From Escherichia phage ECO07P1, in the sequence record OP172784: 64,000 nt of DNA, one strand, 5' to 3'. The notes below the pieces were generated by a model that was not told the DNA's origin, searched no databases, and saw only the letters and a program-made list of their open reading frames with translations. How positions within the stretch are numbered: position 1 is the stretch's first letter; every line of letters starts with the position of its first letter. A program made the position numbers and the translations under genes. Shown one piece after another: positions 19,003 to 29,483 of this stretch.

Positions 19003-19237
19003 ATTAAGTTTGCATCAGTTTAAATCTCTTATGGCAAATGTTAAAGCTGTCATTCAAGAAAATTCAGGACCTGATAATGTTACTATTCGCGAAAAAGCTT
19101 TAAAGATAGTATACAGTCTTGAAGAGATACAAAAAGATATTGAATCTATGGCAAAATTTATTGATGAGCCCATTAATAAAGTTTATATCCAAGATTATAC
19201 TGTAGGTCAAATTCGCGATTTAGCGAGGAAAATTTAA
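18995..19237 (+). CDS. Hypothetical protein (T4 dexA.1 position)
   Basis: ATG at 18995 in ATGA overlap with previous stop; track ORF begins 18962. Confidence 0.45.
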   Translation: MIELSLHQFKSLMANVKAVIQENSGPDNVTIREKALKIVYSLEEIQKDIESMAKFIDEPINKVYIQDYTVGQIRDLARKI

Positions 19238-19920
19238 TGTTTGATTTTATTATAGATTTTGAAACAATGGGAAGTGGTGAAAAAGCAGCTGTTATTGATT
19301 TGGCTGTTATTGCCTTTGACCCTAATCCAGAAGTAGTTGAATCATTTGATGAATTAGTTTCACGCGGCATTAAAATCAAATTTGATTTAAAAAGTCAAAA
19401 AGGACATCGTCTTTTTACTAAAAGCACTATCGAATGGTGGAAAAATCAATCTCCTGAAGCTCGAAAAAATATTGCACCATCAGATGAAGATGTAAGCACT
19501 ATCGATGGTATTGCAAAATTTAATGATTACATCAATGCACATAACATCGATCCTTGGAAATCTCAAGGCTGGTGCCGTGGAATGTCGTTTGATTTTCCAA
19601 TTTTAGTCGATCTCATTCGCGATATTCAACGTCTTAATGGCGTTTCTGAGAATGAACTTGACACATTTAAGTTAGAACCATGTAAATTCTGGAATCAGCG
19701 TGATATTCGTACCAGAATTGAAGCACTTCTTCTTGTTCGTGATATGACCACGTGTCCTCTTCCAAAGGGAACTTTAGATGGATTCGTTGCACATGATTCT
19801 ATTCATGACTGTGCGAAAGACATCCTGATGATGAAGTATGCTTTACGATATGCTATGGGTCTTGAAGATGCTCCGTCAAAGGAAGATTGCGATCCTCTAT
19901 CCCTTCCAACAAAACGATAA
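19237..19920 (+). CDS. dexA: DexA exonuclease A
   Basis: 227 aa; DEDD-type exonuclease features; matches T4 DexA size and position. Confidence 0.8.
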   Translation: MFDFIIDFETMGSGEKAAVIDLAVIAFDPNPEVVESFDELVSRGIKIKFDLKSQKGHRLFTKSTIEWWKNQSPEARKNIAPSDEDVSTIDGIAKFNDYINAHNIDPWKSQGWCRGMSFDFPILVDLIRDIQRLNGVSENELDTFKLEPCKFWNQRDIRTRIEALLLVRDMTTCPLPKGTLDGFVAHDSIHDCAKDILMMKYALRYAMGLEDAPSKEDCDPLSLPTKR

Positions 19921-19926
19921 AAAGTT

Positions 19927-19956
19927 GTTTACTTCCTCGGTTAGTTGTGGTATTAT
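19927..19956 (+). promoter_or_regulatory. T4-type early promoter
   Basis: GTTTAC 19927-19932, 18-bp spacer, TATTAT. Confidence 0.45.
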
Positions 19957-19983
19957 AACACCATAGCTACTGAGGATAATAAA

Positions 19984-20484
19984 ATGAAAATTTATCGTGT
20001 TGAATCATCTTTTAGTATTCTTAATTATGAAGATGCTATAACAATACGTCGAAATCTTTGTGTTCAAATAACGCCGTACAGGAGTATAATAGATTCATGG
20101 AGCGAAGAGTGGTTATTACACGTAGGTTATGATAGACCTAATTTTATGCATCATAGCGATAATAATAAAAGAATTCCTTTACCACACGAAGATAAACTAT
20201 TAGTTAAAAACGCTAATATAGTAATTAATACTAAGTTCAAGAAAGATTATGTTGGAGTAGAATATCATATTCCCGGATGGTTTATAGGTCTTTATCATTT
20301 TGCTTTCGCTAGTGAATATGATATGATGAGATGGTTCACACGAGAAGAGCGTGAAGAATTAGCTTCTAAAGGATTTTATCTTGCTGTATACGAAGTTCCT
20401 GAAGATGAAGTTATAATTGGCGGACACCAAGTAATGTTCCGTAAATCGCATGCTGAATTAAAAGGCTTTATTACTTTAGGCTAA
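19984..20484 (+). CDS. Hypothetical protein (166 aa; possibly MotB-like by position)
   Basis: ATG at 19984 with GAGGA SD; track ORF starts at TTG inside the promoter. Confidence 0.45.
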   Translation: MKIYRVESSFSILNYEDAITIRRNLCVQITPYRSIIDSWSEEWLLHVGYDRPNFMHHSDNNKRIPLPHEDKLLVKNANIVINTKFKKDYVGVEYHIPGWFIGLYHFAFASEYDMMRWFTREEREELASKGFYLAVYEVPEDEVIIGGHQVMFRKSHAELKGFITLG

Positions 20485-20494
20485 AGAGAAAATC

Positions 20495-20929
20495 ATGATT
20501 AAAATTAATACTGTTTACAAATTGAAAAAATCCCCTAAAATTGATTTATCAACAATGTCTAATACGACTTATGGTAAGTTTTGGGACCTTCTTGGTGTAA
20601 CTTATGGGTATCCTTTTACTGTTATTAGCGTTAATAGCGGAATTCTTATTGGTACAGTGTACATGGAAATTAGAAACTATCATGGAACAGTATCATCATT
20701 TATCATCTATGAAGAAGATTTTAATCTATTGACAGAAATTGAAAAACCTGAAGATCCGACTGATTTGTTGTGTAAGGCGGTTTACATTCGTCGTCCATTT
20801 GCGAATCCGATTGGTGGTTGGGTAACTGACCAATGGATTGAAGATGGCGTTGAACTTCTTAATGTAGTTCATGCTGGAGAATACTCTGTAGTTCCTCGCA
20901 GCGCAGTGATTAATGTTCGTGTAAGCTAG
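20495..20929 (+). CDS. Hypothetical protein, paralogue A (C-terminal TDQWIEDGV domain)
   Basis: 144-aa ORF; C-terminus shares a roughly 35-aa motif with the next gene. Confidence 0.5.
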   Translation: MIKINTVYKLKKSPKIDLSTMSNTTYGKFWDLLGVTYGYPFTVISVNSGILIGTVYMEIRNYHGTVSSFIIYEEDFNLLTEIEKPEDPTDLLCKAVYIRRPFANPIGGWVTDQWIEDGVELLNVVHAGEYSVVPRSAVINVRVS

Positions 20930-20958
20930 TTTACAAACTCTTGGGACCAGAGTATAAT
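20929..20958 (+). promoter_or_regulatory. T4-type early promoter
   Basis: GTTTAC 20929-20934, 18-bp spacer, TATAAT 20953-20958. Confidence 0.5.
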
Positions 20959-21002
20959 GGTCCTGTGGAGTATAAAATCTTTTTAACAAGTGAGAGATAA
21001 CT

Positions 21003-21500
21003 ATGATTATTAATATTGGTGAATTAGCTCGTGTATCTGATAAATCCCGTTCTAAAGCAGCAGGAAAATTGGTCGAAATTGTAAGCATTCAGCTTAAACA
21101 TGGCGTTAAAGATGAAGATTCTGAAGTAAAAGTGCGTATCATTCCTAAAGATGGAAAGTCTAAACCTCAGTTTGGCTATGTTCGTGCGAAATTTCTTGAA
21201 TCTGCATTTTTGAAAGCTGTTCCTGCTAAAGGAATTGAAACGATTGATACTTCGCATGTAGGTGTAGACTTTAAGTGGAAACTCGGTCAAGCTATTAAGT
21301 TCGTTGCTCCTTATGAATTCGAATTTACTGAAGATGAGGAAGGGGTTGTTCAAAAACACCGTACTCGTGCTATGTGCGCATACATTACCGATCAGTGGGT
21401 AGAAGATGGTGTTAAGCTGTACAACGCGGTATTTTTAGGAACATACAAAGTCATTCCTGAAAGTTGGATTAAACACTACAGCAAAGCTCGTTGTGCATAA
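21003..21500 (+). CDS. Hypothetical protein, paralogue B (C-terminal TDQWVEDGV domain)
   Basis: 165-aa ORF; shares C-terminal motif with 20495..20929. Confidence 0.5.
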   Translation: MIINIGELARVSDKSRSKAAGKLVEIVSIQLKHGVKDEDSEVKVRIIPKDGKSKPQFGYVRAKFLESAFLKAVPAKGIETIDTSHVGVDFKWKLGQAIKFVAPYEFEFTEDEEGVVQKHRTRAMCAYITDQWVEDGVKLYNAVFLGTYKVIPESWIKHYSKARCA

Positions 21501-21596
21501 AGTTTAAATTTTTTCATAAAACTATATACATCAGTAGTTGATTATGGTACTATATCAATATCAACTACTGATACAGAAAACAACTTGGAGAATAAA

Positions 21597-21866
21597 ATGG
21601 AAAACTTAATTATCATCGAACAATCTTTCAACGATTATGGTATGGCTTATGGTTATCGTGCGATAATGGAAGATTCTCGTGGATGTGTTATCGATATTGC
21701 TGAATGTAAAGATTTACTGCAGCTTTTGAAGATTGTTCGCAAAAATTGGGATTGTGAAAACATTAAAGTTCGTGTTGTAACGGAAGAAGAAACTGTTTTT
21801 CATGATGTAAAATTTGCCAAAGGTGCTGCTACTCTTCTGAAACGCATCGCTCCACTGTTCAATTAA
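21597..21866 (+). CDS. Hypothetical protein
   Basis: ATG at 21597 with GGAG SD; track ORF begins at TTG 21585. Confidence 0.45.
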   Translation: MENLIIIEQSFNDYGMAYGYRAIMEDSRGCVIDIAECKDLLQLLKIVRKNWDCENIKVRVVTEEETVFHDVKFAKGAATLLKRIAPLFN

Positions 21867-21879
21867 TGAGGAAATTGTA

Positions 21880-22095
21880 ATGAAACATAAAATTGTTCAG
21901 AATTGCACTAATGACGAATTTGAAGATGTATTATTCGATCCAGATTTGGTAGTAGTTCAAAAGGAACACACCGTTAAGTTTACTCACTTGACTTCGGTTT
22001 ATGTGTATGAAAAGGTTGGTGATAAACAACCGATTTATGGTGTATTCCGTGAAATCACTGAAGACGGTACAACTTACTGGAAGGAAATTTATTAA
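21880..22095 (+). CDS. Hypothetical protein (71 aa)
   Basis: ORF with GAGGA SD. Confidence 0.45.
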   Translation: MKHKIVQNCTNDEFEDVLFDPDLVVVQKEHTVKFTHLTSVYVYEKVGDKQPIYGVFREITEDGTTYWKEIY

Positions 22096-22499
22096 TGGCT
22101 ATTAGATTTGAAGTTAATAAATGGTATCAATTTAAAAATAAACAAGCTCAAGAAGCTTTTATTAAAGACCATACTGATAACGGAATCTACGCACGACGTT
22201 TAGGTATGGAACCTTTTAAAATTTTAGATGTTGACCATCTCAGTCGTCCTACTAAAATTGTGACATCCACAGGTGTACTCAAACGTTGTGCCGGAGCTGA
22301 TATCCTTGACGAAAACTTTATTTGGCTCTCTACTAACGAAGCTGAGTTCTTTGATGAAGTGGAAAATCCATACCAAGCTTCTGAAGAGCAAGAACAGATA
22401 GAAGATTTCACAGAATTCCCGGTAATGAAAGTTACTATTGAAAATAATGAACATGCATGGTCCTTGTATCAGATGTTGAAAGCACATTTTAAGGAATAA
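22095..22499 (+). CDS. Hypothetical acidic protein
   Basis: 134-aa ORF, TAATG coupling. Confidence 0.45.
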   Translation: MAIRFEVNKWYQFKNKQAQEAFIKDHTDNGIYARRLGMEPFKILDVDHLSRPTKIVTSTGVLKRCAGADILDENFIWLSTNEAEFFDEVENPYQASEEQEQIEDFTEFPVMKVTIENNEHAWSLYQMLKAHFKE

Positions 22500-22501
22500 T
22501 T

Positions 22502-22678
22502 ATGCCAATGTATGATTATAAATGCCAATCCGAAGATTGCGGGCATGAATATGAAAAAATTAAAAAGATTTCTGAACGAGAAAATGATGTTTGCCCTAAA
22601 TGTCATCGTCTGTCTATTCGTCGGCCTTCTGCTCCTAAGCATGTGAATGGCGGTTTTTACGACTTACTTAAAGGGTAA
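22502..22678 (+). CDS. Small zinc-ribbon protein (58 aa, CxxC...CxxC)
   Basis: MPMYDYKCQSEDCGHEY...CPKCHRL; below track cutoff. Confidence 0.4.
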   Translation: MPMYDYKCQSEDCGHEYEKIKKISERENDVCPKCHRLSIRRPSAPKHVNGGFYDLLKG

Positions 22679-22680
22679 TT

Positions 22681-23052
22681 ATGTTTAAAATCAGTAAGAA
22701 GTATCGTATTCGCGAAGGCGAAGAAAAGAAATATCTATTTTCTGCTATTTATAGGAATGGTTCTATTAGTAATGTAATATCTACAAGCGAATTTATCGTT
22801 GAAGATATGAAGGGTAATAATGTTACAATGATTAGTACAGCATCTGGAAATGATGGAAAAATTCTTCACAGTTTTCAGAGTAATGTTCTAATTTATGATG
22901 AAGAGTTTGACCTATTCGAAGAAGTTACAGAAGATTTTGATTTTGGATGCACCATCACTATGAAATCTGGTGACCCTCTTTCTTTTACAGTTAAAGATGA
23001 AAGAAGTCGCTTGAGAATTATTAGTCTCCTTCAAGCCATTAAATTTGAGTGA
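22681..23052 (+). CDS. Hypothetical protein
   Basis: 123-aa ORF. Confidence 0.45.
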   Translation: MFKISKKYRIREGEEKKYLFSAIYRNGSISNVISTSEFIVEDMKGNNVTMISTASGNDGKILHSFQSNVLIYDEEFDLFEEVTEDFDFGCTITMKSGDPLSFTVKDERSRLRIISLLQAIKFE

Positions 23053-23056
23053 AATT

Positions 23057-23317
23057 ATGAAATATGTTAATCGTTCTATCGCGGCAATAGTATTAGCAGT
23101 ATCTTTAGTAGGATGTACTGATGCTGATAATGCAACCAAAGTTTTGTCTTCAAGTGGTTTTACTAATATTGAAATCACTGGATATAATTGGTTCGGTTGC
23201 TCTGAAAATGATTTCCAACATACTGGATTTCGTGCTATTGGACCTACCGGGCAGAAAGTAGAAGGAACCGTATGTTCTGGTCTATTCTTCAAGGATTCGA
23301 CTATCCGTTTTAAATAA
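23057..23317 (+). CDS. Putative lipoprotein (86 aa)
   Basis: ATG at 23057; signal peptide with LVGC lipobox. Confidence 0.5.
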   Translation: MKYVNRSIAAIVLAVSLVGCTDADNATKVLSSSGFTNIEITGYNWFGCSENDFQHTGFRAIGPTGQKVEGTVCSGLFFKDSTIRFK

Positions 23318-23334
23318 AAGGCCTTCGGGCCTTT
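23317..23334 (+). terminator. CUUCGG-type hairpin after lipoprotein gene
   Basis: aaaggcc-ttcg-ggccttt. Confidence 0.45.
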
Positions 23335-23386
23335 AGCTTTATGATTACCGGAGTATAATATTCCCGAAACCAAACGAGGATAAGTG

Positions 23387-25204
23387 ATGATTAAGAATGA
23401 AATTAAAATTCTGAGCGATATTGAACATATCAAAAAGCGTAGCGGCATGTATATTGGCTCTTCTGCTAATGAAATGCATGAGCGCTTTCTGTTTGGTAAA
23501 TGGGAAAGTGTTCAGTATGTACCTGGTCTTGTTAAGCTTATTGATGAAATTATCGATAACTCAGTAGATGAAGGTATTCGTACTAAGTTTAAATTCGCGA
23601 ATAAAATTAATGTTACTATTAAAAACAATCAAGTAACAGTTGAAGATAACGGTCGTGGTATTCCACAGGCGATGGTTAAAACACCTACCGGTGAAGAAAT
23701 TCCTGGTCCTGTTGCTGCATGGACTATTCCAAAAGCAGGTGGTAACTTCGGTGATGACAAAGAACGCGTCACTGGCGGTATGAACGGTGTTGGTTCTAGT
23801 TTAACTAACATTTTTTCTGTGATGTTTGTCGGTGAAACTGGCGACGGTCAAAATAATATTGTAGTTCGTTGTTCAAACGGCATGGAAAATAAATCATGGG
23901 AAACTATTCCTGGAAAATGGAAAGGAACTCGCGTTACTTTCATTCCTGATTTTATGTCATTTGAAACTAATGAGCTATCTCAAGTTTATCTTGACATTAC
24001 ACTAGATCGTCTCCAGACACTTGCAGTAGTTTATCCTGATATTCAATTTACCTTTAATGGTAAAAAGGTTCAGGGCAATTTTAAGAAGTATGCACGCCAG
24101 TATGATGAGCATGCTATCGTTCAAGAACAGGAAAATTGCTCTATTGCGGTTGGTCGTTCACCTGATGGTTTTCGTCAATTAACATACGTCAATAACATTC
24201 ATACTAAGAATGGTGGTCATCACATTGACTGTGTTATGGATGATATTTGTGAAGACCTTATTCCACAAATCAAACGTAAATTTAAAATTGATGTAACTAA
24301 AGCACGTGTTAAAGAATGTTTGACTATCGTTATGTTTGTTCGTGATATGAAAAACATGCGATTTGATTCTCAAACTAAAGAGCGTTTGACTTCTCCATTT
24401 GGTGAAATTCGTAGTCATATTCAGCTTGATGCTAAAAAGATTTCACGTGCTATTTTAAATAATGAAGCAATTTTAATGCCAATTATTGAAGCTGCTTTGG
24501 CTCGTAAATTGGCGGCAGAAAAAGCGGCAGAAACTAAAGCAGCTAAAAAGGCTTCTAAAGCTAAGGTTCATAAACATATTAAAGCGAATCTTTGTGGTAA
24601 AGATGCTGACACTACTCTTTTCTTGACTGAGGGTGATTCCGCTATCGGATATCTTATTGATGTTCGTGATAAAGAACTTCATGGTGGTTATCCATTACGT
24701 GGTAAAGTTCTCAACAGTTGGGGTATGTCATATGCTGATATGCTTAAAAACAAAGAACTGTTTGATATTTGCGCAATCACTGGATTAGTTCTTGGTGAAA
24801 AAGCCGAAAACTTGAATTATCATAATATTGCTATTATGACCGATGCTGACCATGATGGTCTAGGAAGCATTTATCCTTCTCTGCTCGGATTTTTTAGTAA
24901 TTGGCCAGAACTGTTTGAACAAGGAAGAATTCGCTTTGTCAAAACTCCTGTAATCATCGCTCAGGTCGGTAAAAAACAAGAATGGTTTTATACAGTCGCT
25001 GAATATGAGAGTGCTAAAGATGCTCTACCTAAACATAGCATCCGTTATATTAAGGGACTTGGCTCTTTGGAAAAATCTGAATATCGTGAGATGATTCAAA
25101 ATCCAGTATATGATGTTGTTAAACTTCCTGAGAACTGGAAAGAGCTTTTTGAAATGCTCATGGGAGATAATGCTGACCTTCGTAAAGAATGGATGAGTCA
25201 GTAG
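23387..25204 (+). CDS. 39: Topoisomerase II large subunit gp39, uninterrupted (contains the region encoded by T4 gene 60)
   Basis: 605 aa; GyrB-like ATPase N-terminus; C-terminal third is continuous with the sequence I recall for T4 gp60 (NIAIMTDADHDGLGSIYPSLLGFF...). Confidence 0.9.
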   Translation: MIKNEIKILSDIEHIKKRSGMYIGSSANEMHERFLFGKWESVQYVPGLVKLIDEIIDNSVDEGIRTKFKFANKINVTIKNNQVTVEDNGRGIPQAMVKTPTGEEIPGPVAAWTIPKAGGNFGDDKERVTGGMNGVGSSLTNIFSVMFVGETGDGQNNIVVRCSNGMENKSWETIPGKWKGTRVTFIPDFMSFETNELSQVYLDITLDRLQTLAVVYPDIQFTFNGKKVQGNFKKYARQYDEHAIVQEQENCSIAVGRSPDGFRQLTYVNNIHTKNGGHHIDCVMDDICEDLIPQIKRKFKIDVTKARVKECLTIVMFVRDMKNMRFDSQTKERLTSPFGEIRSHIQLDAKKISRAILNNEAILMPIIEAALARKLAAEKAAETKAAKKASKAKVHKHIKANLCGKDADTTLFLTEGDSAIGYLIDVRDKELHGGYPLRGKVLNSWGMSYADMLKNKELFDICAITGLVLGEKAENLNYHNIAIMTDADHDGLGSIYPSLLGFFSNWPELFEQGRIRFVKTPVIIAQVGKKQEWFYTVAEYESAKDALPKHSIRYIKGLGSLEKSEYREMIQNPVYDVVKLPENWKELFEMLMGDNADLRKEWMSQ

Positions 25205-25233
25205 TTTACTTTACCACAAGGATGTGGTATAAT
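25204..25233 (+). promoter_or_regulatory. T4-type early promoter upstream of rIIA.1/rIIA
   Basis: GTTTAC 25204-25209, 18-bp spacer, TATAAT 25228-25233. Confidence 0.5.
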
Positions 25234-25258
25234 TAATTGGGCAAATGAGGATATTGAA

Positions 25259-25462
25259 ATGAAATCATATAAAGTAAATTTAGAACTTTTTGATAAAGCA
25301 GTTCATCGAGAATATAGAATCATTCAACGCTTTTTCGATATGGGAGAAGCCGAAGAGTTTAAAAACCGCTTTAAGGATATTAGAGATAAAATTCAATCCG
25401 ACACCGCAACTAAAGATGAATTACTAGAAGTTGCTGAAGTTATTAAACGCAATATGAATTAA
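25259..25462 (+). CDS. Hypothetical protein (rIIA.1 position)
   Basis: 67-aa ORF with GAGGA SD. Confidence 0.5.
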   Translation: MKSYKVNLELFDKAVHREYRIIQRFFDMGEAEEFKNRFKDIRDKIQSDTATKDELLEVAEVIKRNMN

Positions 25463-25472
25463 TGAGGAAATT

Positions 25473-27650
25473 ATGATTATCACCACTGAAAAAGAAACAA
25501 TTCTTGGTAATGGTGCTAAATCAAAAGCATTTAGCATCACAGCATCTCCTAAAGTATTCAAAATTCTGTCATCTGATTTGTATACAAACAAGATTCGCGC
25601 TGTAGTCCGTGAATTGATTACCAACATGATTGATGCCCATGCTCTTAATGGAAATCCTGAAAAATTTATCATTCAAGTTCCAGGACGATTAGATCCGCGA
25701 TTTGTTTGTCGAGATTTTGGTCCAGGTATGAGCGATTTTGATATTCAAGGTGATGATAATTCTCCTGGTTTGTATAATTCATACTTCAGTTCATCTAAGG
25801 CTGAATCTAATGATTTCATTGGTGGATTTGGTTTAGGTTCTAAATCTCCGTTTAGTTATACTGATACATTTAGTATTACTTCATATCATAAAGGTGAAAT
25901 TCGTGGTTATGTAGCTTACATGGATGGTGATGGTCCACAGATTAAACCTACATTCGTAAAAGAAATGGGTCCAGATGATAAAACTGGTATTGAAATCGTA
26001 GTTCCAGTTGAAGAAAAAGACTTTAGAAACTTTGCTTATGAAGTTTCTTATATCATGCGACCATTCAAAGATTTGGCTATCATTAATGGTCTTGACCGTG
26101 AAATTGATTATTTTCCGGATTTTGATGACTATTACGGTGTAAATCCAGAAAGATACTGGCCAGATCGTGGTGGATTGTATGCTATCTATGGCGGCATTGT
26201 TTATCCTATCGAAGGTGTTATTAGAGAACGTAACTGGTTAAGCATTCGCAATGAAGTGAATTATATTAAGTTTCCAATGGGTTCACTTGATATTGCTCCA
26301 TCGCGTGAGGCTCTTTCGCTGGATGATCGTACTCGTAAAAATATTATTGAGCGTGTTAAAGAGCTTAGTGAGAAGGCATTCAATGAAGATGTAAAACGAT
26401 TTAAAGAATCTACATCTCCTCGTCATACATACCGTGAATTGATGAAGATGGGATATTCTGCTCGAGATTATATGATTAGTAATTCGGTCAAATTCACGAC
26501 TAAAAATCTGTCATATAAGAAGATGCAAAGCATGTTTGAACCTGACAGTAAGTTATGCAATGCAGGGGTTGTGTATGAAGTAAATCTTGACCCTCGACTG
26601 AAACGCATTAAGCAAAGCCATGAAACTTCAGCCGTTGCGTCAAGCTATCGTCTGTTTGGTATTAATACGACAAAAATTAATATTGTTATTGATAATACTA
26701 AAAATCGTGTTAATATTGTCCGTGGATTAGCACGCGCGTTAGATGATAGTGAATTTAATAACACCTTAAATATTCATCACAATGAGCGGCTTCTGTTTAT
26801 TAATCCGGAAGTAGAATCGCAGATTGATTTGCTTCCTGATATTATGGCAATGTTTGAAAGTGATGAAGTTAACATTCATTATTTGTCAGAAATTGAAGCT
26901 TTAGTTAAAAGTTATATTCCAAAGGCAGTAAAAAGTACAGCTCCTCGTCCTAAAGCTGCTGCTGCATTTAAGTTTGAAATTAAAGACGGGCGCTGGGAAA
27001 AAGAGGAACTATTTACGCTCACATCAGAAGCAGATGAAATTACTGGTTATGTAGCATACATGCATCGTTCTGATATTTTCTCTATGGATGGTACTACATC
27101 GCTTTGTCATCCATCTATGAATATTTTGATTCGTATGGCTAATCTTATTGGCATTAATGAATTTTATGTTATTCGTCCGCTTTTGCAGAAAAAGGTAAAA
27201 GAACTCGGTCAGTGCCAATGTATTTTTGAAGCTTTGCGTGATTTATATGTAGATGCTTTTGATGATGTAGATTATGATAAGTATGTAGGTTATTCAAGTT
27301 CAGCTAAACGATATATTGATAAAATTATCAAGTATCCTGAACTAGATTTTATGATGAAGTACTTCAGTGTAGATGAAGTTTCTGAAGAATATACACGACT
27401 CGCTAATATGGTTAGTTCATTACAGGGTGTATATTTTAATGGTGGAAAAGATACCATTGGTCATGACATCTGGACAGTAACTAATCTTTTTGATGAATTA
27501 TCACGTAATGCTTCAAAAAACAGTGATAAAATGGTTGCTGAGTTTACCAAGAAATTCCGTATTGTTTCCGACTTCATCGGTTATCGCAACTCTTTAAGTG
27601 ATGATGAAGTTTCCCAAATCGCTAAAACTATGAAGGCCCTTGCGGCCTAA
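25473..27650 (+). CDS. rIIA: rIIA protein
   Basis: 725 aa, matches T4 rIIA size; GHKL-like ATPase N-terminus. Confidence 0.95.
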   Translation: MIITTEKETILGNGAKSKAFSITASPKVFKILSSDLYTNKIRAVVRELITNMIDAHALNGNPEKFIIQVPGRLDPRFVCRDFGPGMSDFDIQGDDNSPGLYNSYFSSSKAESNDFIGGFGLGSKSPFSYTDTFSITSYHKGEIRGYVAYMDGDGPQIKPTFVKEMGPDDKTGIEIVVPVEEKDFRNFAYEVSYIMRPFKDLAIINGLDREIDYFPDFDDYYGVNPERYWPDRGGLYAIYGGIVYPIEGVIRERNWLSIRNEVNYIKFPMGSLDIAPSREALSLDDRTRKNIIERVKELSEKAFNEDVKRFKESTSPRHTYRELMKMGYSARDYMISNSVKFTTKNLSYKKMQSMFEPDSKLCNAGVVYEVNLDPRLKRIKQSHETSAVASSYRLFGINTTKINIVIDNTKNRVNIVRGLARALDDSEFNNTLNIHHNERLLFINPEVESQIDLLPDIMAMFESDEVNIHYLSEIEALVKSYIPKAVKSTAPRPKAAAAFKFEIKDGRWEKEELFTLTSEADEITGYVAYMHRSDIFSMDGTTSLCHPSMNILIRMANLIGINEFYVIRPLLQKKVKELGQCQCIFEALRDLYVDAFDDVDYDKYVGYSSSAKRYIDKIIKYPELDFMMKYFSVDEVSEEYTRLANMVSSLQGVYFNGGKDTIGHDIWTVTNLFDELSRNASKNSDKMVAEFTKKFRIVSDFIGYRNSLSDDEVSQIAKTMKALAA

Positions 27651-27661
27651 TAAGGAAAATT

Positions 27662-28600
27662 ATGTACAATATTAAATGCCTGACCAAAAACGAACAAGCT
27701 GAAATTGTTAAACTGTATTCAAGTGGTAATTACACTCAGCAGGAATTGGCTGATTGGCAAGGTGTATCGGTTGATACAATCCGTCGTGTTTTGAAAAATG
27801 CTGAAGAAGCTGAACGCTCCAAAGTTACTATTAGCGGTGACATTACAGTTAAAGTTAAGAGCGATGCAGTTATTGCTCCAGTTGCTAAATCTGACATTAT
27901 TTGGAATGCATCTAAAAAATTCATTTCAATTACTGTTGATGGCGTAACTTATAACGCAACTCCTAATACTCATTCAAACTTCCAGGAAATTCTTAACCTG
28001 CTTGTTGCAGATAAATTGGAAGAAGCGGCACAAAAAATTAACGTTCGTCGCGCTGTTGAAAAATATATTTCGGGTGATGTTCGAATTGAAGGTGGAAGCC
28101 TGTTCTATCAAAATATTGAATTACGGTCTGGTTTAGTTGATCGTATTCTCGATTCGATGGAAAAAGGCGAAAACTTTGAATTTTATTTTCCGTTCCTGGA
28201 AAATCTGTTGGAAAACCCGAGCCAAAAAGCAGTATCTCGACTCTTTGATTTCTTGGTAGCAAACGATATTGAAATTACAGAAGATGGCTACTTCTATGCT
28301 TGGAAAGTAGTTCGCAGTAATTACTTTGACTGCCATTCAAATACTTTTGATAACAGTCCTGGTAAAGTAGTTAAAATGCCACGTACTCGTGTGAATGACG
28401 ATGATACACAAACTTGTTCTCGTGGTCTGCATGTGTGTTCTAAATCTTATATTCGTCACTTTGGTAGTTCAACTAGCCGAGTTGTAAAAGTTAAAGTACA
28501 TCCTCGCGATGTAGTATCAATTCCGATTGATTACAACGATGCTAAAATGCGTACCTGCCAATACGAAGTAGTTGAAGACGTTACTGAACAATTTAAATAA
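27662..28600 (+). CDS. rIIB: rIIB protein
   Basis: 312 aa, matches T4 rIIB size and position. Confidence 0.95.
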   Translation: MYNIKCLTKNEQAEIVKLYSSGNYTQQELADWQGVSVDTIRRVLKNAEEAERSKVTISGDITVKVKSDAVIAPVAKSDIIWNASKKFISITVDGVTYNATPNTHSNFQEILNLLVADKLEEAAQKINVRRAVEKYISGDVRIEGGSLFYQNIELRSGLVDRILDSMEKGENFEFYFPFLENLLENPSQKAVSRLFDFLVANDIEITEDGYFYAWKVVRSNYFDCHSNTFDNSPGKVVKMPRTRVNDDDTQTCSRGLHVCSKSYIRHFGSSTSRVVKVKVHPRDVVSIPIDYNDAKMRTCQYEVVEDVTEQFK

Positions 28601-28614
28601 GGGCTTCGGCCCTT
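28599..28614 (+). terminator. CUUCGG-type hairpin after rIIB
   Basis: aagggc-ttcg-gccctt; no strong T-run. Confidence 0.35.
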
Positions 28615-28628
28615 AACTAAGGAAAATT

Positions 28629-28823
28629 ATGTTAGGTTATCAAGCACGAGTAAAAGAAGAATACGATCAATTAATGCTCAAAATTAATGCGCTGAGCAAA
28701 TTTTTAGAAAGCACAAAGTTTATAACGATTAATGAAGTTGAGCAAGAATTACTGCTTTCACAATTCATCTCAATGAAATCTTACGCAGATTGTTTAGAGA
28801 AAAGAATTGCACAGTTCAAATAA
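28629..28823 (+). CDS. Hypothetical protein (64 aa)
   Basis: ORF with AAGGA SD. Confidence 0.45.
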   Translation: MLGYQARVKEEYDQLMLKINALSKFLESTKFITINEVEQELLLSQFISMKSYADCLEKRIAQFK

Positions 28824-28827
28824 AATA

Positions 28828-28850
28828 AAGGGCTTCGGCCCTTTTGTTTT
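28828..28850 (+). terminator. Rho-independent terminator (UUCG loop plus T-run)
   Basis: aagggc-ttcg-gccctt followed by TTTTGTTTT. Confidence 0.55.
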
Positions 28851-28909
28851 AAGGGAAACTATGATTTATTGTATGAATATCAGTGATTCCGACGTAAAAG
28901 GAAAGTTTA

Positions 28910-29467
28910 ATGCAGAAAACGAATCCGGGTTTACAGAGACTATTTCAGATTCCGACATTTACCCTATCGAACAATGACTTGACTAGTGAAATGAAGGTCA
29001 AAATTGCTGATACAGCAAGATACTCTTTAAAACAAAATCCTAATCAGGATAAAGCAGAAGTCATCGAAAGATGCCGTATCGCTGTGTATGCAGAGTTTTT
29101 TGTAGCAGATTGGCTGAGCGGGTATGTTAACAAAGGCCAAGAGGATGTTAATGACCCGTATACATATGCATGGGATGTATTGGCTCATCCAAGATATTGC
29201 GGGCTTCGTGTAGAAGTCAAAACACACCAAACTGACTCACGTTGGATTTCTGTAACAACAGGATGCAGCGGAGAGTATCCATACGGTTCTGGAATAAATC
29301 TAGGGCCCATTCTGAATCATCAGGTCGCTGACTGTATAATTATATTCAACACTAAAGAAATTCATCCAGGTGTCATCCAGTACACTCCGAAGTTCATTGG
29401 TGATAGAGAAGACCTTCGTAAAGTTGTAAGAAAAAGCAACTACAACGGATGGTATCTTTCCATTTAA
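28910..29467 (+). CDS. denB: DenB endonuclease IV
   Basis: 185 aa, matching T4 DenB size and position next to rIIB. Confidence 0.8.
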   Translation: MQKTNPGLQRLFQIPTFTLSNNDLTSEMKVKIADTARYSLKQNPNQDKAEVIERCRIAVYAEFFVADWLSGYVNKGQEDVNDPYTYAWDVLAHPRYCGLRVEVKTHQTDSRWISVTTGCSGEYPYGSGINLGPILNHQVADCIIIFNTKEIHPGVIQYTPKFIGDREDLRKVVRKSNYNGWYLSI

Positions 29468-29483
29468 AAATTTTCACAAAACG

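Noticed and set aside
27630-27650. GC hairpin (ggccc-ttgc-ggcc) at the extreme 3' end of rIIA as a terminator
   Set aside because: Lies within coding sequence, no T-run, and rIIB follows 12 nt later and is known to be co-transcribed; probably incidental.
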